Source: a virus
DNA: 64,000 bases
Virus record (IMG/VR): IMGVR_UViG_3300045988_137804
Location: 1 to 64,000 of that record
Reading direction: 5' to 3' (one strand)
Shown: one piece after another, positions 57,629 to 64,000 of the stretch
Layout: each line of letters starts with the position of its first letter
Numbering within the stretch: position 1 is the stretch's first letter
Made by a program: the position numbers and the translations under genes
Notes under the pieces: model-generated
What the model was told of the DNA's origin: nothing
The model's input: only the letters and a program-made list of their open reading frames with translations
The model's database searches: none

Positions 57629-60271
57629 TTATTCAAGTTTCGTATTTATAAGTTTATACAAAGATGCTCCAAAATCTATAGGAGTGCCTTTGTACCCAGC
57701 CGACACAGCTCCAGCATATATACTACCAGCAATGTCTATCTTTTCTCCTTTTAAATCATAACAATAAACACTACCTTTTTCTGTAATATATAAAGCGTTT
57801 CTAAATTTTGAAGGAGTTAAATTTTCCTGTTCTTCATTAATTCTACATAATCTCAACGAAGCATTAGTGGATGATTTTCCACGTATGGACACCTCCTCGT
57901 CCAAATCATACATATATACATCATCTAATGTTAATGTTACATTTGTACCGAATCCAAAACTTTGGAAGCCAACACACAAGCTTGTTGCATTATCTGGAAT
58001 GGTATATCTTATACAACATATTTTTTCACCAGACCACACATCTGATTTATTTTTTGTATTACTATACAAACGCACTGTGTTTGGATTATCTGTATTAACT
58101 CCTAATCCAAAAGCATAATTTACCCATCCGTTAGATGCTGTTCCTAATCCAGTTGATCCATCAGAAAACACAAATGTTGAACAGCCAAGTTCTATAGTGT
58201 GTCCTCTTAAAGCTATGACATCATCTCCACTATATTTGTATTTAGACCATCCCCATGCATTAGTATGTGATATATTGTAATCATATACTTTCCAACCATT
58301 CTTTGTATCTGGTGTCATTTTTGCACTCATTTCTGATGAATTATTGAAGCTTGTTGGAAAAATATTTGTATACCATTTTTTTGAAACTTCGTCTGAATGT
58401 TCGCCAAGATCAATGAGGTATGCGTTTTTAAGTGTCACTGTTCCATTAAACTTTTCGTTCTCTGGTGCATGAAACCATACTCTTATATTGTAAGAAGTAA
58501 ATATATCTTCAGACGTTTTATCATAGTATCCAGTTGCCGTACCAAGATCACTTCCAACACCACTGATTTTATAGTTTGTTACAGCATCCCCGTTTAAAGG
58601 TTGCATATCAACATAGATGTAAAAAGATGGCACAGACCATAACCATTTCGCATCATATACTGTTCCATTTGGTAAAGTCCAACTATCTTCTGACATATCA
58701 AACACAACGTCAGAAAAACCGAATTCTAGCCCTTTACCTGTTTGTTTAAAGTCTTCGTAGTTTGTTGGTTGTATAACATTCAAATAAATTCCACCTTGGT
58801 TCAAATCTGTATAGCTACAAACAATATCAGTTGTTCCATCAGAATTTTGAACAACTTCAATCGCTCCTCCAGAAATTCCATGACTTTCTGAGTCAGTTGA
58901 TATAAAATTTGTGTAATCCGAAAATGATAATGTGTTATTCCAGTCATCGATTGCCATTCTCCAGTATGAAACAGCGTTTCTTTTTGAATCAGCAGTGGCA
59001 TTATTTACAAGGTCTGATAAGGTAGTAATTTCGTCCATCAGTTCATGTTCAATAACTGGTGCAGTTAGGAATCCATTATTGAACTTATGTCCATCTAAAA
59101 TACAGTAATTTTTAATTGCTGTTTCTTTAGATACTTTACCAGATAAATTTTTCCATTTATGAACCTCTAAAACATGAGAATTAACTTTTAATTGATAGAT
59201 ATTGTCATCAATTTTTTTGATAACTTTTGTATTCCCTTTAGAAAACATATCTACAAATTCAGGCTTTTCAATACAATTAAACGTCCCCATAGATACATAT
59301 CCACCGCCACAAGCTAGTGTTGTGGCGCATAAATATGTAAGCAAAATATCTTTATAGTCTCCAGCATCATTTGGAAGATAATTCAATGTCCAAATTTTTG
59401 CTTTACATTTTCCAGTTGAATACCAATTCGCACAATAATCATATATGTTTGTTTGACCGTTTTGCCAAGCATAATCATCTTTATAATTTGTTGAAGAAAT
59501 CAAACACGATTCTAAACATATAACGTCATCAGCATTTAGAGATGAATACCAATCCCCAACAGTAAATGGCATTCCACCATTAGTGATAACAAATAAACCT
59601 CTTGAATAACAGGCATTGATAAGAGTAATCCATTTCTGATTTAATGCTTCGTTTTTATCTTTGAAGTTATCTGGCTTCCATCCAAATTGATAACAAATAT
59701 CTTCTTTTGTAAAATCATATCCCCAATCATCAAAGAACACACCATCTGTGCCAGATCCTTTAAAATAATCTAACCAGTCACAAATTTGCTGGAATGTATA
59801 TATTCTTGTACAACCAGATAAATCTGCTGTTGAACCGTCCCATGAACCATCTGAATTCAGATGTGCATGATCTCCGTTATATGTAAAATCAGTACGTCCA
59901 CTTTCTGATTGGAGATATTCAAATGTACGTAATTTTGGATTTAATTCTTTGGCACGTTTTAGTATTTTTGTTGTATTATCTGTGAAAGTCGGTCTTGAAT
60001 CGGCTAATCTATTTAAATTTAAACGTTGCATTCCAACAAGATCATGTTTTGAAAACATAATTGCATCATTTTCAATTCCGTTTCCACGTTCAATATTATT
60101 ACTCCAACCTAACCAAACAAGTCCCAAACTTTGATCTATAGGCATTGTGTTTTCATATTTCTCAAGCGATTTATTGATTTCATCAATTGAATTTCGAGAT
60201 GCTTCATCCATAATCTCATATACTGGAGAATTATTTATGGCAAAAGTTTTCATAACTTTATTCGTGCTCAA
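57629..60271 (-). CDS. Tail-associated putative glycoside hydrolase or depolymerase (TIM-barrel-like) with a C-terminal beta-rich region
   Basis: GTDGVFFDDWGYDF resembles the GH114/GHL10-type motif. Tentative. Confidence 0.4.
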   Translation of the reverse strand: MSTNKVMKTFAINNSPVYEIMDEASRNSIDEINKSLEKYENTMPIDQSLGLVWLGWSNNIERGNGIENDAIMFSKHDLVGMQRLNLNRLADSRPTFTDNTTKILKRAKELNPKLRTFEYLQSESGRTDFTYNGDHAHLNSDGSWDGSTADLSGCTRIYTFQQICDWLDYFKGSGTDGVFFDDWGYDFTKEDICYQFGWKPDNFKDKNEALNQKWITLINACYSRGLFVITNGGMPFTVGDWYSSLNADDVICLESCLISSTNYKDDYAWQNGQTNIYDYCANWYSTGKCKAKIWTLNYLPNDAGDYKDILLTYLCATTLACGGGYVSMGTFNCIEKPEFVDMFSKGNTKVIKKIDDNIYQLKVNSHVLEVHKWKNLSGKVSKETAIKNYCILDGHKFNNGFLTAPVIEHELMDEITTLSDLVNNATADSKRNAVSYWRMAIDDWNNTLSFSDYTNFISTDSESHGISGGAIEVVQNSDGTTDIVCSYTDLNQGGIYLNVIQPTNYEDFKQTGKGLEFGFSDVVFDMSEDSWTLPNGTVYDAKWLWSVPSFYIYVDMQPLNGDAVTNYKISGVGSDLGTATGYYDKTSEDIFTSYNIRVWFHAPENEKFNGTVTLKNAYLIDLGEHSDEVSKKWYTNIFPTSFNNSSEMSAKMTPDTKNGWKVYDYNISHTNAWGWSKYKYSGDDVIALRGHTIELGCSTFVFSDGSTGLGTASNGWVNYAFGLGVNTDNPNTVRLYSNTKNKSDVWSGEKICCIRYTIPDNATSLCVGFQSFGFGTNVTLTLDDVYMYDLDEEVSIRGKSSTNASLRLCRINEEQENLTPSKFRNALYITEKGSVYCYDLKGEKIDIAGSIYAGAVSAGYKGTPIDFGASLYKLINTKLE

Positions 60272-60285
60272 AAAATCACCTCCAT

Positions 60286-62025
60286 TTAAATAGTTAAAAC
60301 AACGTTGCCGTTATCATCATCTGCTACAGAAATTTCCTTCCCAGCAAGCTGTGTGTCTCCGTTACTATCAGTAACAGTAGAACTTACAACACTGGTAACT
60401 TTAAGATTTCCATCATTATTTGATACATAAGTTGTTGCGCCACCGGCATTTCCACCATCAAGAATTAATAATTCAGTCCCTTGAACCAAATAATTTGTTG
60501 ATACATTCGCCTCTACAGGAATACCATTTGCAAAATATACTGGATGTGTTGTAGAACCTGCGTTTGTTCCTAATTTACTTGCAGTTGTAGCATTAGTAGC
60601 AGAACTAGCAGATCCTGCACTTGTTGCATATTTAACAGATTTATCCTTATCTGCCGTATTATCTACATTTCCAAGACCTACTTCCGATTTCGTGTAAGTT
60701 GGCTTTTTTGCTGCTTTCGCCCATGCAGGAACGTCAGATGCAGGTAGAGTAGTAGGATAAGCTGGAAGAGTTACCGTAGTTCCGGATTTATATTCTGTTG
60801 TACCAATTTTTACAGACTGAACAGCGCTATCAGCTTTTGCTCCCTGTGCAGCCGTAGCTTTTCCATCAAGAGCAGCCTGTAATCCTGTAATAGTGCTAAT
60901 TGCCTGATTATGCGCAGATGGTGTATATGATGTTGGTTTGCCTGTTACACCAGACCACGGAACAGAAGTAGCTGATCCGGCTGTGTAAATCTCATAACCT
61001 TCTTCACTTGAAAGTTTGCTTTCGTCAACAACATAGTACATTTTTCCAGTACCAGTTACTTTGACTGTATCACCAAGCTGTACATTAGTTTTTGTAAGCT
61101 TAAATCTTGCAGTGTCATCTGCAACGATTGTTAATCTTTCAAGAGCACCTTGAGGCAATCTTGCGATATCAATCGTTCCTGTTGTAATCTTTCCTGCATC
61201 AATTGCTGTGATATCAGCATTTCCATGTGTATGATGTTTAGCGGCGGCATCTGTAATTCCATAACCACCTAAAGTTGTAGGATTAGAACCACCTGTTACA
61301 TGTCCCTGTGCATTCACCGTAACTTTAGTGTATGTACCAGCAGAAACTCCGGAAGTAGGATGTGAATATTTTGTATCTGTAGAATTGACTACAATTGCCC
61401 CATTAGCATCTGTTGTTACAGAAGTAGCTCCGGAACCTTTAATTGTAACAGACTGTTTCTTGGAGTCGCTGTCTACAATATCTACGGTCGCATTACCATT
61501 CGTTGCATTTGTTGGAGTTCCAAGAGTGTATGTTGTATTTTTATAAGAAGAAATATAATTCTTATCGTTTGTAAGTTCTGAGACTTTGGTTGGTACTTTT
61601 ACATTTACAGCCTTAGAATTTGGTGTGAGGGCAGTACCATTTACTTTCACAGTCTCAATTACGTTAGCCTGTGCATTACTTGGAGCATGTGCTGACTGAG
61701 AATGCGTAAAAGCTTTATCATAATTTGATTTTAATCCTGTTGTAAATGAAGCTGTAATAGCATCTAGGATCGCTTTATTTGAGTGAGAATGTGAAGCTGC
61801 CTTAACCGCAGCATTAATAGCATTTGTAATTTCTGTTGGAGTATTTGTAAGATAAGGAAGGTCTGCAAATTTGTCTGTACCATTACCAACCTTTACTTTC
61901 GGTTCTCCGCTTTCAGGAAATTCAATAGCGTACTCACCTTTTAGCAGTACTTTTTCAGAAGTCCCCCAATTTGCAGTAGTATCGTTACAAATAACCAGTC
62001 TTGTGTTTAAAGTATTATTTGCCAT
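60286..62025 (-). CDS. Tail fibre protein with Phage_fiber_2-type repeats
   Basis: HSHSN, HHTHG and ITTGTIDIARLPQGALER modules. Confidence 0.65.
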   Translation of the reverse strand: MANNTLNTRLVICNDTTANWGTSEKVLLKGEYAIEFPESGEPKVKVGNGTDKFADLPYLTNTPTEITNAINAAVKAASHSHSNKAILDAITASFTTGLKSNYDKAFTHSQSAHAPSNAQANVIETVKVNGTALTPNSKAVNVKVPTKVSELTNDKNYISSYKNTTYTLGTPTNATNGNATVDIVDSDSKKQSVTIKGSGATSVTTDANGAIVVNSTDTKYSHPTSGVSAGTYTKVTVNAQGHVTGGSNPTTLGGYGITDAAAKHHTHGNADITAIDAGKITTGTIDIARLPQGALERLTIVADDTARFKLTKTNVQLGDTVKVTGTGKMYYVVDESKLSSEEGYEIYTAGSATSVPWSGVTGKPTSYTPSAHNQAISTITGLQAALDGKATAAQGAKADSAVQSVKIGTTEYKSGTTVTLPAYPTTLPASDVPAWAKAAKKPTYTKSEVGLGNVDNTADKDKSVKYATSAGSASSATNATTASKLGTNAGSTTHPVYFANGIPVEANVSTNYLVQGTELLILDGGNAGGATTYVSNNDGNLKVTSVVSSTVTDSNGDTQLAGKEISVADDDNGNVVLTI

Positions 62026-62050
62026 TGTTCCTCCAATCTAAAAAGGAACT

Positions 62051-62482
62051 CTAAGAGTTAGAGTTCCCACAGTTTATAATATTAATTTCATCATAATTGC
62101 TACCTACGCAATAGTATTTTGTATTCTCGTTGTCCCAACGATAAATACGATTTGTTTTAGTAGCAACATAAATATGATATGTATCTCCCATAGTCGGGAA
62201 AGAATATATTGTATCTTTTGTCACGATAGGAGATTCATTCAGTTCAATCCATTCTCCGTTAAAATAATATAATGTATTTGGTAAGAGCAAATAAATTTTA
62301 TTAGCTAATGGAGCAAGAGGAAGTTCTGAACAAATAACCAAATCAGATGACATTTTTATTCGTGTTGTTGCATCATCTTTATAAAAATTCCCCGTATCTC
62401 TACAGAAAATCAATTGACCATCTGTAATAGGGATGTCTGACAAACGAGACTGTGATGCTTCTGTAAGAGATAAAAATCCCAT
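62051..62482 (-). CDS. hypothetical tail-module protein
   Basis: ORF with a GGAGGA ribosome-binding site. Confidence 0.45.
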   Translation of the reverse strand: MGFLSLTEASQSRLSDIPITDGQLIFCRDTGNFYKDDATTRIKMSSDLVICSELPLAPLANKIYLLLPNTLYYFNGEWIELNESPIVTKDTIYSFPTMGDTYHIYVATKTNRIYRWDNENTKYYCVGSNYDEINIINCGNSNS

Positions 62483-62517
62483 ATCATCCTCCTTTTATAA
62501 CATCCCATAAGGAAAAA

Positions 62518-63456
62518 TTATGCAATTTCTGTCCAAGTAATTGCGTTTTCAGTTGCTTTTACTCTTGTATCCATTGCTCCATTAAGACCATCGGCATAGG
62601 CTTTTGCATCATTAAGAGCCTTTGTAGCTTTTTCCTGTGCATCTGTTGCAGCCGCATCGATCGCAGCCTGTTTTGCTGTATCAATAGCAGAATTGATAGT
62701 CTGTACTTTTTCATCAATCTGCTCTTTTGTATAGTAGTCCTCAAGAGATTTTGTAACTTCTGCAAATTTGTCATTGATTGCTTTTGTCACAGCTTCAGTT
62801 GTTGCATAAGCAGAGAGGTCTACTGTAAATCCAAGAAGCTCCCAAGCTGTTCCTGTATATACATACTCTTTACCATCGTCATTTGTATGCCATACATCAC
62901 CTGTAACCATACCCTTAACTGCTTCGAGTTCTTTGTAATTCTCTTTAGCTCCTTTAAATCTAAAAACGGACGCTACCTTAGAATCAATCTGCTGCTGAAG
63001 TTCTGATTTTGCGTCATTAACTTTCTTTGTTGCGTCAGCAGAAGCTGTTTCTGTTGCAGACTTAATAGCATCCTCTTTTGCTGCATCAATCTTAGCCTGA
63101 ATTGCTTCGGAGCCTTCTACGCCCTTAAGCTTTTTGGCAAGATAAGTCTTTACGGCAGCCTGTGTTACAACTTTTCCATCATTGTCTGTTGTATCACCAA
63201 TAGTACCGATTGTACCTACTGCAAGATCAACATAATCTGCACCTGTATAAATTTTTGCTGAATAATCATCCAGAACATAAATTACTCCCTGTGATGGTGT
63301 TCCTGGAAGAGCAGAAACTTTTACAACTTTCTGGCTGTATACTTTGTCTCCTTTAAAAATCTGACCATCTGCAAAATAGAGTGTGTCATTGTCTTTTGTT
63401 TCAATTGCATTATACTTATCAAGAGTACCAAATTTAAAATTAATAATGTTATTCAT
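62518..63456 (-). CDS. Tail fibre or baseplate-associated protein with an Ala/Lys-rich coiled-coil C-terminus
   Basis: Its N-terminus is similar to the 63472 ORF (KFG...L..Y.AIE). Confidence 0.45.
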   Translation of the reverse strand: MNNIINFKFGTLDKYNAIETKDNDTLYFADGQIFKGDKVYSQKVVKVSALPGTPSQGVIYVLDDYSAKIYTGADYVDLAVGTIGTIGDTTDNDGKVVTQAAVKTYLAKKLKGVEGSEAIQAKIDAAKEDAIKSATETASADATKKVNDAKSELQQQIDSKVASVFRFKGAKENYKELEAVKGMVTGDVWHTNDDGKEYVYTGTAWELLGFTVDLSAYATTEAVTKAINDKFAEVTKSLEDYYTKEQIDEKVQTINSAIDTAKQAAIDAAATDAQEKATKALNDAKAYADGLNGAMDTRVKATENAITWTEIA

Positions 63457-63471
63457 CGATTTTCTCCTTTA

Positions 63472-63837
63472 CTAAAATTCTGTCCATACCATACCTGCAC
63501 CGGAAATCTGTGTAATTACTGGTTCTACAGTAAATGAAGAAGTTCCCTGTTGTACAAGATATGGATAAAACTTACCGTCTGAAGCACTTTTAATTACTAC
63601 TGGTTGTCCGGCATATGTATCTGAGCTTTTATTGACTGTAGTAGTAGCTTCCTCAGTACTATTGAAACAAAGAATACGTGGGCGAATTGCCTGTTTTTCT
63701 TTGTTGTCGGTAATATAGAAAAGCTCTGCTGTATCTTTTGTCAGAACCAAATCTCTTTCATCAATGATTCCATTTTCAATTGCAGTATCAAGATTCGCAA
63801 TATTACCGTAACCAAATTTCATAGATGTGTCTGCCAT
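63472..63837 (-). CDS. hypothetical tail-module protein
   Basis: AAGGAGG ribosome-binding site. Confidence 0.45.
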   Translation of the reverse strand: MADTSMKFGYGNIANLDTAIENGIIDERDLVLTKDTAELFYITDNKEKQAIRPRILCFNSTEEATTTVNKSSDTYAGQPVVIKSASDGKFYPYLVQQGTSSFTVEPVITQISGAGMVWTEF

Positions 63838-63861
63838 GATGTACCTCCTTTGAATTTATTA

Positions 63862-64000
63862 AAATTCGACCACTTCAATTTTGCCTGGATTATCAGTGCC
63901 AGGATCAGGACTTGTTCCTTTTGAAATGTCAATTTTATTTCCAATTGGTGTACCATTTGCAAGTAACTGGAGAATATTATCTCTAAGAGTAATATTGTCA
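63862..64000 (-). CDS. C-terminal fragment of a further - strand structural gene, cut by the window edge
   Basis: Open frame that ends ...GKIEVVEF* at 63862. Confidence 0.4.

Noticed and set aside
1-64000. Integrase or repressor lysogeny module, terminase, portal or capsid genes
   Set aside because: None recognisable in any listed ORF. Their absence may only reflect window boundaries, so lifestyle is not asserted.

Overview
This window reads as a bacteriophage or prophage segment from a low-GC Firmicute (AT-rich, tight gene packing, overlapping stop/start codons). It has three parts.

Positions 1-38.9 kb are an early/replication/nucleotide-metabolism arm on the + strand. It holds a circularly permuted Dcm-type C5 cytosine methyltransferase, a DUF4160/DUF2442 pair, a sigma-70-like factor, a frameshifted GIY-YIG homing endonuclease, a GC-richer flotillin plus phosphoribosyltransferase insert, a tRNA cluster, and a near-complete replisome (SSB-like protein, Sak4-like ATPase, DnaB-like helicase, primase, DHH/RecJ-like exonuclease, DnaE-type polymerase, RecD-like helicase, NAD-dependent ligase). 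The nucleotide-metabolism genes are FolD, ThyX, HAD nucleotidases, guanylate kinase, dUTPase, an anaerobic ribonucleotide reductase (NrdD, carrying an in-frame LAGLIDADG intein) with its activase NrdG, and an HNH endonuclease.

Positions 38.9-44.3 kb are a repeat-rich non-coding region followed by a Tn7-like transposition operon (TnsA-like, TnsB, TnsC, TniQ/TnsD) on the + strand.

Positions 44.4-64.0 kb are a late arm on the - strand: an amidase endolysin with choline-binding-type repeats, and a long series of tail-fibre/receptor-binding proteins with Phage_fiber_2 repeats, LamG-like domains and a TIM-barrel glycosidase-like tailspike.

The items most worth follow-up are:
- the Tn7-like module inside a phage with no second end visible in the window;
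- long homopolymer tracts (C10 inside a tail gene, A18 upstream of a receptor-binding protein gene) that look like phase-variation switches;
- a 55-bp perfect inverted repeat covering the 5' coding end of the permuted methyltransferase, at the window edge;
- an unusual class-II-type tRNA with a CAU anticodon.

No CRISPR array, integrase, terminase or capsid genes are visible in the window.
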